NCBI RefSeq assembly: GCF_000143415.4
Contig: NW_003314373.1
Coordinates: forward strand, 324,719 to 388,718
Reading direction: 5' to 3'
From: Selaginella moellendorffii
Taxonomy: Eukaryota > Plantae > Lycopodiophyta
DNA length: 64,000 bases
The notes under the pieces were generated by a model, which saw nothing but the letters and a program-made list of their open reading frames with translations, was not told the origin of the DNA and did not search any database. Shown here piece after piece: positions 50,400 to 63,986 of the stretch; position 1 is the first letter of the stretch, and each line of letters begins with the position of its first letter. The translations under genes were made by a program, and so were the position numbers.

Positions 50400-52500
50400 T
50401 CATGTATAACCCTAAAGTAATAAAAACTTTTATATAACGTTTATGTGATATGTAAGACAAGAAAAAAAATTCATGACTTATAAGCATAAAACCCATCAAT
50501 AGAAGCAAAAAGGATAAGAAATAAAGACATGGCTTGAATCATAAGGGAAAATTTGTTATAAATGAATAATAAAGATCAATGCAATTAATAATAAAAATAA
50601 ATAATTTTTTTAAACTTATAGTATAATAAAATTGTGGATGAAATGAACCACCAAAGAAATAACTTTAGAAAAAATTTATAGTGTTCACACTTTATGAGAA
50701 ATACACCAATTTAAATGAGTTATAGGGCAGCCTCTTTATCTAACATAAATGCGCTACAACTTAGACACCTTTCGACTATCACAAACAAGGAAATAATTAA
50801 TGGAATCAGCCACCTTTATTACTTTAAGTGTCATCCACTTTATAAAAAATGATATACCCTTACCTATAGGTGAAATAGAGAAAGAAGTAAAAGCCCCAAC
50901 CCTCATCAGCAAACAAACCAAGCCCATTAGTAAGGTTTATATAAACTACTATAAATAGATAGTTAGAGAGCCATAGCCTTTTAAACAAAATTAAGAATAT
51001 TGAGAGAAAGGCAAATGATATGATTAATAGACAGTAGCTACCATATGACTAGAGATTTCATCATGCATATAATGTGCTAAAACAAATTTACTTATATTAG
51101 CCCAAACCCAAAGATCACTAAATGGATAAAGTTAAATTGGAAAATGAATAGCTGCTTGATGAGAAAGTCTTTAGTGATTATTTATCCCCATTTATCCCCT
51201 AAAGTTCCAAGGATTCATGATGATAGTATATCCAAATTTCATCTTATAATCACATGTGTTACAGTCATAGGAAAAAATTAGTTAGTCTAAATAAATCTTA
51301 ATTAACAATACAAAAGAATCAGAGTTGCTCAAGAAAGCATTAATAATATCTTACCGATAACTCAAACTCAAGAGACCAAACCAAAATAAACTACAAACAA
51401 AAAATACATAGTAATGTAAAAAGCCAAAAACCCTCAAAATAACAACTAACCATCACAAAAATTGTCAATCACCCTATTAAGAAAGGTGCATAATCATTAT
51501 CAAAGAATGGCAAAGCATCCAACATCAATAATAATTAACAATATTTTAACAAAGATAATTAATTGTTATAAATGATATTACTAATAATTGCTAAATGTGG
51601 AAGCTAATTTGAACGTCAAAGCTAATGAGCCAAAATATTTTCTTTAACAACTTTTAATAAATAGAATAATGAATATGAAAACTCAAAGAACAAAAGTTTG
51701 AAGAAGCTTATAGCCAAGGCTCGTATAACAATAATTATAAGTCTTGCATGAACTAACTTTAATGCAAAAAAAAAAATCATAGTACAACCCATAATATCCT
51801 CATCAACACATCCATAAGCTAAATTTTATAATGCAAAGCTAATGAAAATCATATTTATATCAATTCAAAAACTAAACACAATGAAGTTATGCTTAACAAC
51901 TAACTAGCGTACCAACACTAGCTTAGCATAATGGATCATCTTTAAGACCTTGTCAAAGCTACTACAATGCTACTACTTGCAAGTAGATTAATTTCACCAT
52001 CAACCATTTTGGGGTTAATTATAGTTTGACCAAGCAACTTTATAAATACAGTCCTTACGATCATGATATAATAGTCACAATTATTTGATCATCAATTGAG
52101 CAATACCACAAACAAAATATATATCACTATTACAAATATTTATATGAGTATTAAGTGTTAACTCTATTTGACAAAATGCAACATAAATACCATCCCAACC
52201 AATAGAGATCTATGACACTTAACACCAACAACAATACCACAAATTCATACCCTTCTCTTTCCAGCGGAACTCAAAATTAATCCAACATAAAACTACTTAA
52301 GGAGAAATACTAAGGATCCTTGGAAAGAATTAAGCATTATAATTCAAGATTTCCAATAACAAGCTTAGACAAAATGATTTAATGCTTCACCACTATTTAT
52401 TTTATGACTCACCACTTGTAAAGCTATCATAACCAATATGTATTGAAATAAGAAGTCTCAATATCATGATATGAGTATAAGTAATGAGATCATATCTTGT
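50400..52500 (-). mobile_element. Heavily decayed retroelement, possibly a LINE
   Basis: Strand-skewed AT-rich DNA with only faint LFADE- and DYAPF-like remnants and no ORF. Confidence 0.25.
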
Positions 52501-53680
52501 TGCAAACCTGTGTCTAAATATGCAATTTAGTGCAATTTCATATTTTATAAATTTTTGTGATTATCCCAGAAACTTCCTAAAAAGAAAAGATGATTTACAT
52601 GTTTAATCCTTTGTCTTTAATGACTCTCTCTTCAGACTCAACTTTGACTAAACTTCTAGCTTGTATTCATACTACGTTTAGTTCAATTCAAAAAAATTTA
52701 TTAGAGAGCACGACATTGATTACTTGAACCAATAGATTAATCCCTATAGTCTTGATTGATGTACTTATAATCATGCTTAGGTAAGATCCATTAGTGCCAG
52801 CCTATTTACCACTTATAACAGATCTAGAGAAGTTTATTTTTACCCATAGTAATATGGAACAACTCATGATAACCACCGATAGGTTAACATTAATTCTGCC
52901 AATTCAAAATGTAACTTTAAGTTACTAATGCATCTCACTTATGAGCCCAAGCACAAACTCATGCAAATGGTGCATAAAAAATCCATTTTATAAGCCCAAG
53001 TGAAAACTCATTTAATATAGTATGACAAAGTAACCAAAATCCATACCTAAAAGATATATATAAAGATATAGCAACTAAACATGTAACCCACTCAAATTTT
53101 TGTTTTCATTTTTGCATATGCAATAAGATTAGTTGCCCACATATTGCCTTGGACTCCCTTCATGTGAGGCTCGTTTAGCTTCTCGAGGCTGCCGTATGTG
53201 GCTGGGTCATGAGGGAGGCGAGAATGACACAGACCATGGGAATATTTCAAGAATATTCCATGGCTTATGGGATTTAAGGCCGTAACGCCTTAAGGGTTGA
53301 GAGGTTGGCCTAGGGTTCACTCTTCTGTTTGTTTCATTAGTGTTAGAGCAATCTTATTGGATAATACTTGTTAGGACATATTATTTGATATTAAATAGTT
53401 TTCACCTTTTACCTTATAATGATTTAACATAAGATAACCATGAAATGGAACTTAAACCCTTGAACACATAGGTCAAAGGTAGCAAAGTGGAATTCAAGTT
53501 TCAGGATCTTGGGCCATTGAACAAAAGGATAGAACCAAACTCATGAGTATGTAACTAAAGAGTAAAAGAATTGAAGCATAAAATGACTTTTAAGCATACA
53601 ACACAAGGAATAAAAGGATATGAGCATAAAGTGACATTATAATAATGTTAGAGCATCCAACATTTTAATGCCAAGACTAA

Positions 53681-53975
53681 TATAATGCTTTATTTTGTTA
53701 AAGTGGAACTTATTCAGTAAAGTGGGACATTAATTAGCATGTGTCCACATGCCATTTCCTAGTACTTAATTAGTATTTATTAATATTTCTATCGGTTTTT
53801 TAATTTATTTTTTATATTTCACAATATTATAACACAAAATCATATGAAAAGTTTTTAATTTATAAATTATAAAGCTAAAACTTCAATTTTTTATTGTTGT
53901 TATAAAAATGGCATGTGGCCATACACCATAAGTGGGATAATGAAAAGTTCCACTTTAACAAAATAAAGCATTATA
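53681..53975. mobile_element. MITE-like element, 295 bp
   Basis: Perfect 30-bp terminal inverted repeat TATAATGCTTTATTTTGTTAAAGTGGAACT plus inner inverted CCACATGCCATTT. Confidence 0.8.
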
Positions 53976-54752
53976 CAAAATAACATTAAACAAAGTTTAG
54001 CATACCATCTCCAAATCCCTATCTTCCCTCATGCCTATCATGTTTAGCACCCATTGCTTACTAAAATACCAATTTATTTTTCTCCAAAAGCATGTCTACC
54101 AACCCTGGTTTAGATTTGAGATTGGAGGTAACAATATGGCCATAAAAACTATTCAGTAAAAGTTAAATAAAAGTGAGTTATATATAAAATTATACAAATA
54201 CAATATTGGCATTTCACACAACATAAATCAATTGCTGCAGTATTATGGTAAATTCCAAAAGTCTATATTTTTCTAGATTGGAAACAACACCAATTGCCTG
54301 ATGAGCTCCTTTAAGAAAGAGAAAAGGATTGATTGATCCAGCCATACTAAAATTGAGGGCAAGTTTTAAGAGTTTGAATGTGGTTATTATACTAAACAAG
54401 ATATTACTATTATTCATATAAGTCTTATATAAATTTATTTTAAAATTATTATATGTAAAATTTTATTACTGATAAAATTACAAATAGAAAAGAAAAACAA
54501 AAATGCACAAAAACATATTTAGTTTCTAATGTATATCTTTATATATCTTTTGGTCTCATTCAGTATTGGATGTTTTCTATAGTTTCCTGATGTTCTTAAC
54601 TATGACTTTATCAAACTTGAATACAAGTTTTAACTGTTTCAAATTTTTTATACCATTGTTTTTTAAAACTTTAAAATGTTTTATTCATAACATTCCTACA
54701 ACATTTTAATTAATAAAATAAATCTCATATAATGCTTATATTAGCTTTTTAT

Positions 54753-55158
54753 CTATTGAAATATTACTTCATCATGATTATCATGTGAATAATGACCACT
54801 AAATGCCCAGTTTTGCCATCCATACCAACCTTTAGTTTTAAAATGACCATTACCAATAAATGATACACCATCAAATTGTACATTATTTATAATTTTAGAG
54901 CACGTTTCTGCTGCTAGGGTATCATAATCAAAATAAACAAATTCATTACCTTTTCTCCATAAAATAACATTTTCTTGATAAACATTACAATTTGCAAGAG
55001 CATCTTTCATATCTGGAGCCCAATTAAATTTATCTTTTCCTTCAATGATTTTTGCTGTATAAAGAAAGCCATGAATTAAGGATTAAGTTCAAACTATTAT
55101 ACTTACACTGATATAGATCAAATAACAATAAAAGATAGAACCAGGTATTAAAACCCAT
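54753..55158 (-). CDS. Small secreted protein with GW.NWAF motif (copy 3, most diverged), 2 exons
   Basis: ATG, GT-AG intron and frame intact; flanks 54200-55425 are homologous to 28960-30170. Confidence 0.8.
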
Positions 55159-55429
55159 GAATAATAAATATAGTAACAATATATAACTAGCTTAGTAATC
55201 TCAATATAATTAATGTAATGTTAAGTACAATTCTATCTTTAAATACTATAAATCTGACAATAATTACTAATACTTCCAAAAAGAATTATTTTGCTCAATA
55301 ATTATAGATTTCCTCTATACTTGACACGTCAATTTTGTAGTTTGTCACTCTAAAACAAGAGTAGGCATACTGCATATCTAAAATTGTTACATTTGTAATA
55401 AGTTAGCAAAATACAAATGAATGATATAA

Positions 55430-55746
55430 TCGAGCATGAGCAAGTAGTCGAGATTGGTTTACTGCGCAGTTGCCTGCCACGAGTCCGGCAAAAGCCTCAC
55501 GTCGTGCAGTGAAACAGCCCCAAGAAAGGAATTGTTTCGCTGGACTCTCCTCCTGGAGAATTCTAGCGAACCTGTGGCGGTGGTGGTGTTCCAGCTGCTG
55601 GCGGTGGACGTGAGCTCCAGGCCGGAATCGAATGCGGCGAGGAGCTCGCAAGGTGTGTGAAACCCCAGTGTTGGTGCACATCTTTCCATGCCCAAGCGGG
55701 CAGAGGAGTGGCAGCAAAGTGAGTACCAGAGCGAGAAAGGGATCAT
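55430..55746 (-). pseudogene. Duplicated, frameshifted exon 1 of the GH127 gene
   Basis: Copy of ~46515-46846 with small deletions. Confidence 0.9.
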
Positions 55747-56010
55747 CGTTCGCCTTCTAGACTTCCTGGAAAAGAACCAACAAGAAGATCATGGAAAGAT
55801 CAAGCTTAAGAACAGGCAAGGATGTAAACAAAACATTCTAAAAAGAGAAAAATAAGGAGAGAAACCCCTTGTCTGGTTTCGATGATGCTGCATTATCCTC
55901 TAGCGCAATGATCCTCCATTCCTTGGAATGCAAGGAAAGCTACCATCACAAACCATCTCCACTCTTGATGCAATCTTAAACTTTGCTGCTTTAGAAAGCT
56001 TCTCAAGAAA

Positions 56011-57782
56011 TTGCATGATCATTCGAGCCCAAGACCTCCTTTTTGCATGGATGATTGCCTCAGGCTTATCGATTCTTGCAAGACACTTTCTATTGCTCGG
56101 CAGATTCGAGCTCGTCTTGACTGTGCCGGCACTGTGTTTATCTCCAACAAGCTCATTGAGATGTTTGGCAGGTGTGGTGGAGTGCAAGATGCCGAGGGTG
56201 TCTTCTATGCGATGGACAAGAGGGATCCCTTCTCGTGGGATGCAATGCTCCTGGCGTATACGAAAAACTCTTGCCTGACCCAGGCAAGGGTTTTCTTTTT
56301 TGATCTAATGCCGGAACAGAGCCTCATTGCCTGGACTGCAATACTCGTGGCACATACCCAAAAAGGGCATCTTGTTGAAGCCAAATGGCTGTTTGAAAGT
56401 ATGCCTTTTAAAGACATAGTAGCATGGAATGCCATGATAAGCGGGCTTGCTCAGCACGGTCACTTAAGCAGCGCTGAGATACTCTTTGACCAAATGCCGC
56501 AAGTTAATCTGGTCACATGGAATGCCATGCTTACGGCATATGCCGCAAACGGGCATCTTGAAAACGCATACCACCTTTTTAATCAAATGCCGGAAAAGAA
56601 TTTGGTGACTTGGAATGCTTTGCTTTCGGCTTTGGCACAAGCTCGACACATTACTGGCCTACAAATTGTGTTCAATCAAATGCCACTGTGGAATCTAGTT
56701 TCTTGGACTTCGGTGCTGACCGCATATTCAATTGACCGACATTTTGAAAAGGCTGAGCTGACTTTTAAGGCCATGCCCGTATGGGATTTGGTTGCCTTCA
56801 ATGCCCGGCTGACAGCCTCTTCTCAAAACGACTCTTATGAGAAAACAAAGAGAATGTTTGAGAAGATGCCAGAGCGTAACTTTGTCTCTTGGAATGCAAT
56901 GCTTTCAACGGCTATTGCAAGCCGCAATCTTGATTCCGTAAATTCATTGTATAATAACACGCCTCAGCATAGCTTTTATACTTGGAATATTGTTTTGGCT
57001 GCATACACACACTATGGCCTTATGGAAAAAGCAAAGGATATGTTTGAGACGATGCCGGAGGAGGATCTTATTTCTTGCAACACTATGCTTTCTGGATATG
57101 CCCAAAACCGGAATCTAGAGCTTGCCAAATTCATGTTTGATAGAATGCCACAAAGGGACCTATTTTCCTGGACTGCTCTTCTCTCTGTTTTTTCACAAAA
57201 TGGCTTTATTCAGGAGGCTACTAGTGTGTTCTACCAAATGCCAAAGAAGGACTTTGTTGCATGGAGCGCCTTTCTTTCAGCACATGCCCGAAACGGGCAC
57301 CTTTTATACTGTAAGTTGCTATTTGAAGAGCAAGATTTAGTGTGGAGTGCAATGTTGTCTGCATATGCCCATAATGGTCACTCTAAAGAGGCCATTGATC
57401 TTTTTGATGCCATGAAACTCATGTCTATACCCAATGACATATGTTTTTTATCTGCTCTTCTCGCTTGTAGCCATGTTGGAAAAACCCACACAGGTCACCA
57501 CTGGTTTTTGTCGATGCAAGCTGACTTTAACGTCAAACCCAACCAGCGGCACTTTTGTTGTATGGTTGATCTTTTGGGACGTGCTAGCTATTTGGTTGAT
57601 GCAGAGGATTTAATTGCTAATATGCCCTTCGAGCCAGATATTTAAGAGTGGACGTGTTTTCTTGGAGCTTGCAAGAGTCACAGCCATGTTACATTTGGAA
57701 CTAATGCAGCAAAGAATGTGTTCGACCTTTGTCCTAGGGGTGAAGCTCCTCAAGCGTATCCTTTGCTTGCAAATTTAATAAA
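56011..57782 (+). pseudogene. PLS/E-class PPR gene with a premature stop at the start of the E domain (544-aa ORF)
   Basis: TAA at 57643-57645 where the paralog has TTA; the E-domain frame continues afterwards. Confidence 0.8.
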
Positions 57783-57845
57783 TCTGGCTTTTTAGTAACT
57801 CTTTTGCTTTAAAGAGATGTTATATGATAATTTATTTTAGACATG

Positions 57846-58670
57846 TCAATGAGAACATAACTTATCACTACCTAATGCCCACCAAACGTTGTTAGGACGT
57901 TTTTCAGAGTATATTACTACATTACAATCATTTTGAATAGTAAAAAATAAAGTACAACCAAGGAATTTACAAAATTGATTACTTCCCCATACTGTTTTCT
58001 CTATTAAGTTTAAAATAAGATTGCCATTGTTTTGAAATTTAAACATACAATTATAACCATATTGTGTAGTACTTGATTCCCAAATTTTATTTCTTTCAAA
58101 GTACAAAACAAGGTTGCAATGTGATTCAAGAATAAAAACAACTTTACCATTTGGAGAGATTAAAAATTGATCTGTATAAAGTGTTGAAGGATTACTTATA
58201 GAATTGACTTCTAAATAACAATTAGAATTATAATAATATTTTCTTTCTAATAGAGATATACTTTATTTTTTAGATATATGTAAATCTGTAATTTGAACCA
58301 TAATCGCAAGACTTCCATCATATAATATGACATAGCCAACTTTGTTTTTCCCTTTTATAAAACAGTTACTGAAAATAAAATTTAATGCTTGCTCAAAATC
58401 ATGTTGTATTTCTTCAAAGATTACAATTTTTAAGCTTAATGTAAATGTAAAATTTATGTTATTATAGGAAAATTTATATATTTTATTTTCTATATTATTT
58501 CTTAACAGTGTATAGCTATAGGTAATGTTTAAGAAGTTAGAGTAGTCTTGAGGTGAAGGCATATTATGATGACCAGAATTAATAACACATTCTTGAATAG
58601 ATCTATTAGATACATATGCTTGACATTCATAAAAACTTAGAAGTATAATAAATAATATCAATATTGCCAT
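57846..58670 (-). pseudogene. Secreted LDL-like domain + bulb-type (GNA) lectin fusion, one in-frame stop
   Basis: 135-aa ORF, then TAA at 58263-58265 (GAA in the paralog), then an in-frame lectin domain to 57846. Confidence 0.8.
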
Positions 58671-58719
58671 TTTTATCTCTATGATATAAAAATAATTGTA
58701 TTATATATAAAATTATATT

Positions 58720-61700
58720 TGTGAGGGCCAAGTGTACAGCTATGATGCCGTATACTAATATTAGCATAGTGGGATTTTAGTAGCCATCGGATTGGTTTTA
58801 ATCCGGACCGCTTGCTCCTGTATATAAACTAGGGTTTTTGGGCTAATTGATATGCACATTTCTGTATTCTCTTTCCATATTCCATGCACTCACATTGGTG
58901 GAGATGAAGGACATCTTTGATTGTCCCTGGGGAGTGCTTAGATTTGGGATTTCAATTTAGATCTAGCTTTTGTATCGTTTAGATCTAATTTTTTCCATTT
59001 CCTTTCTTTTGTTCTTTTTTTTCAGGATTTTGGTTTAAATCTAGCTTTTTACATTGTCTAGATCTACTATTTCCTTCCAGCTTTTTGTCATTTCTCTTCT
59101 TTTGCTCTTTCTTTTTCGTTCATCTTTATGGTAGATCAACAATCTCCTCCTTTGACTCTAGAGTAGCAGTTGGTTCAATTGCTTAATGCTATACGCTTGC
59201 AATTGAACAACCAAACTCAATTGATGGCGGCATTCATGGCACATGGTCCAACTCCTCCTGCTCTTGGTGCTAATCCTCGCATTCAGCTGGAGTTCTTTCG
59301 TGGGAATCCTGGGGATGATGTGTATCATTGGTTCGATCACTTCACGGTGATTGCTACATATCATTCTTGGGATGATACTCGACATTTGCGTGAGTTCCCC
59401 ACGTGTTTCCAAGGGACGGCATTGCAGTGGTACAATGGATTAAGCACAGCCACTCGTGGGGTTTGGAGTGTTCTTCCGGACATCTTCAAACGCGCCTTCG
59501 GATATGCTGACGATTGTGATGATGCCTTCCAACAATTACATCGTCTTCGCCAAGGGCCATCTGAGTCAGTGATGCAATTTGGTGTTCGTTTCCAAAGTCT
59601 TTTGCTTCGTGTAGAGCCCAATATGTCAGAGTGGATCAAGCTAGGAATGTTGTGGCTAGCACTTCGTCAAGATCTTGTTGGATTTGTGCATGCACTTACT
59701 CCTACCACCCTTGACGATGCTCTTCACTTGGCATAACGTTATGAGACATCGCCTCTTCCACTTCTCATTGCATGTCCTTCAACTCCACTTCCTATGAGTG
59801 ATGGTCTTGTTCCAATGAGGTTGATGCTACTGCTACTCGAATCCAAGGACAAGGGCGAGGACGTGGTCGTGGCTGTGATGTTCGTTGCTGGGCGTGTGAT
59901 GAAGTTGGTCATACTTATCGGCATTGTCGGCGCTTTCCGGATTGGTGACCTCCATTTCCTAGGTGGAGACCTTGGCATCAGCAATGTCTCATTGGTGCTG
60001 CTGCGGTGGAAGATTTGGACACCGAGGTGCATCCAGGAAACGAGGAGTCGCGCGAGTAACGGAGGGACCTTGCATGAATAAGTTAGTGACCCCTCCATCT
60101 TTCTTTTGGGAGTATCATTAAGGGGTTCACTCGGCACCAGTTCATCCCGTGTTTACTTTCCAAGCTCGTTTTTATAACAAGAGGTCTCCTATTATTCTCT
60201 CCGTGTTAGTTGATACAGGTTCGAGTTTATCTTTTATTGCTCAATCTGTTGCCACATGTTGTCGTCTACACTTGTGTCATGTGGTGGATCTAGTTTTCAT
60301 TCTTTACCGCAACGGCCGTACACATGCATGTGCACGAGATGAGGCAGACCTGGTTGTGCATGTAGGCGATCTCAAGCTTGAGTTGCAGTCATTGCGGGTG
60401 GTGCCGAGTCAAGCTTTTGACTTCATTCTTGGTATAGATTGGTTGTAGTGCAATCATGCCAAGTGTGACTTTGAGGCTTCTCCCCCTTCTCTTATACTTC
60501 CTTATGTTTCATCCATTCCTCTCACTTCCATACCTCTTCGTCCCTTTACTATTACCTCTGCTTCCATCACTTTTGTTCCGCCACTATTTCCATCTTGTTC
60601 TGCTCTTCCTTTTTTTGATCCCTCCGATGATCTTTGTGTTGCCACTATTGACCGGCTCATAAAGGAGTATTTTGATTTCTTTGAATTTGACCTATCGTCT
60701 GGGGCTAAGATTGCCACATATCATCCAATTCTAACCGGGGATGCTCGTCCAATCAAGGTTCCTGTTCGTCATCGGTCACCCAAGGAGATCAAGATTTTAC
60801 GTGCAAACGTCAAGGAGATGTTGGAGAAGGGTGTTATTCGGAAGTCACGGAGTCCTTGGGCATGTGAACCTCATCTTATGACGAAGCCTGATAAGAGTAT
60901 TCATTTTTGCATCGACTATCGTCCGTTAAATGAAGTGACAATCTTGGATGTGTACCCTCTTCCTCACACTGCTGATTTCTTGGATCGTCTAGGGCGAAGT
61001 CGTTGGTTCACCAAGCTAGATCTTGCTTTTAGGTACTGACAAGTACCGATGGCCAAAGAAGATATTCCTAAAACTGCTTTTCGTACACCGTTTGGTTTGT
61101 ACGGGTTCTTGGTGATGTCGTTTGGTTTGAACAATGCTCCAACAACTTTCCAGCGGATGATGGACGAGGTTCTTTGTAATATGCCAGAGGTGACTGCTGA
61201 CTTCATTGATGATGTCTTGATTCACTCGGAGGGGACGTGGGAGGAGCATATTCGTTATGTGTGTAAAGTGTTGGATCGGCTACGGGACGTTGATTTAAAG
61301 TTGAAGCGGTCGAAATGCGTGTTTGGGTCCAAGGACACAACTTATCTTGGATACCGTATTTCTCGTGAAGGTTTGCAAGTTGATCCTGACAAACTTGTAG
61401 CCATTCTAAAGTTCCCTACTCCGAAGTGTGTGAATGATGTGCAACTCTTCCTAGGCAAGGTGCAATATCTTAGTCGTTTTGTGGATCATCTTTCTGATCA
61501 CACTGCACCATTGTGAGCATTGTTGAAGTCATCAACGTCATCTTTCATCTAGTCTTCAGATTGTGAGCAGGCATTTGTGGATCTCAAAGAACTATTGATG
61601 ACTCCTCCGGTTTTGGCATATCCTGACTACACTCGACCTTTTATTTTGCGTGTAGATACTTCTGATATTGGTCTTGGAGGTGTGTTGATGCAAGAAAGCC

Positions 61701-63708
61701 CTAGTGTGCCTAGTCAGCATCATCCCATTGCATATATAAGCCGTATGTTACAACCAGCAGAGGTGAACTACTCCACGACAGAGAAGGAGTGTTTAGCGGC
61801 AATTTGGGGTTTCAAGAAACTTCATACATATCTACATGGTTCTCAGACGTTACTTGAAGGTGACCATGCTGCCGTTACTTCATTATTGAAGCGAAAGAAC
61901 TTGGTTGGTCGTATTGCTCGGTGGGCTTTGAAGCTTCAGATATATAATTTTGATGTTGTTCATCGCCCAAGGAGTTCTATGGTTGATGCTGATGCCCTTT
62001 GTCGAGCTCCTCTTCCTTCTCCACTCTTTTCTCATGTTTCTGATGAGCCTGTTATTCCAGCATTTGTGGATTTTCTAGACGAGGATTCTATGCCGTCAGC
62101 GGTTGCTGTACTTGACGTTTAGTGTCCACAAGGCGTAGAGCAAGATCTACCTTCTCTTGATGAGGTTCGCGAGGCTCAAAAGATTGAGCCGTGGATTCGA
62201 AAGCTTCGAGATGCATTTGAGAATCTTGCATCACTTGCTGATGACTTGCCTTTTCAACATTTACATTCTCAATATCGTCTTGAAGATGGCCTTCTTTATT
62301 TTGTGGGGACGGATCCTGATGATCATTTACGGCTGGTGGTGTCTTCTATCTTTATTCCACAGTTTCTTCATACCTACCATGATTCTCCTATTCTAGGTGG
62401 GCATATGGGACATCGTCGTGTGACCGAGAAGCTACACAGGTCTTTTTATTGGCTAGAGATGTGACGTGATATTATCCGGTATGTGCGTAGTTGCGTTTGG
62501 TGCCAAGCTTGTAATACTCCCCCTTGTGCTACGGAAGGACGGTTGGAGTCAATTGCAGTTTCCCGTCCGTTTGAGTTGGTGGCATTTGATTATATGGGAC
62601 CTTTTCCACGGTCAACTGCTGGCAATGAGTATGTTATTATTGCTTCTGACTACTTGACTCATTGGGTGCTTTTACTAGCGCCTCAGCAACTGCTGTTGGA
62701 TACTTCCTCCTCAATTGAGTGGTGTTTCAGCATTTTTGTCCAAAGTAGATTCTTTCGGATAATGGTCTTGCATTTATGGCTGAGGCATTTCATGTTTTGA
62801 CGTCTTGGTTGGGGATACACCACACTTTCACGAGTGCTTATCATCCACAATTAGACGGTCTGGTGGAATGGCTCATTCAGACATTCAAAGGGATGATTAT
62901 GAAATATGTGAACTTTCAGCATTCGGATTGGGATGGTTATTTGCCATCTCTTCGGTATGCCTATGTCACAGGAGTGCAGAATTCTGTTAGTGCTTCACCA
63001 TATAAACTCCTATATGGTCATGATCCAATATTACCACCAGAGTTGGGTTTACCTTCGCGATTGCCACAAGCTCCCGATGCTAGGTTGTGGGATTAATATT
63101 TGACGAGCATTCTTCCACTTGTCTGAGTAGAGTTTGCTGAACACTTAGGCCACGTACAAGTGGGACAACAACGGCGCTACAACTCCCATCATCGTCCACC
63201 TGCGGAGTACAAAGTGGATGATTTGGTGTTAGTCCATTTTCCCCATCTTACGGTATGTGGTTTATCTAAGGGGCTCCTTGCGTAGTGGAAAGGACCGTAT
63301 CGGGTGTTGTGGCAAGTTATACCACAAATCTATAAGGTTCGGCATGACGTTTAGCAGGCCAATCCTCTGGAGATTGTGCATGTGCAACGGTTGAAATGCT
63401 TCATACAAAGGGATCAGGAGCAGTTAATACCATCTACAGATCTGCCGATGCCTCCTCCTGACGTTCCTCCAGATCCCGGCCCGTCTACAAGAGAACCCAG
63501 ACAGCCTCCCATTATTCCGAGAGGAGGGGATGATATGAGGGTCAAGTGTATGGCTATGATGCAATATACTAATATTAGCGTAGTGGGATTTTGGTAGCCG
63601 TCAGATTGGTTTCAATCCGGACCACTCGCTCCTATATATAAGCTAGGGTTTTTGGGCTAATTGATATGCACATTTCTATATTCCCTTTCCATATTCCATG
63701 CACTCAAA
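58720..63708 (+). mobile_element. Full-length but decayed Ty3/Gypsy LTR retrotransposon (gag-PR-RT-RH-INT)
   Basis: ~175-bp LTRs 58720-58894 and 63534-63708; PBS TGGTGGAGATG; PPT GAGAGGAGGGGA; DTGS, CIDYRPLN, FIDD, YSTTEKECLA, GHMG...C..C; flanks rejoin to match the empty site near 48685. Confidence 0.95.
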
Positions 63709-63901
63709 TATCCATTTTAAAAGTAATATTACACTTTTGGTTTAATGTACCAAACAAAATTTTATTGTCTCCAATATAATGATATGTATAATAGCACATA
63801 TCCTAAGAATATAATCATTTGACTGATGTAGAGAAAAATGTTCACTCCCACTCTTCTGGGAAATTGTATGGATATAAACAGTGATTAAATAGTCTTAAAT
63901 A

Positions 63902-63904
<3 letters not shown>

Positions 63905-63986
<82 letters not shown>

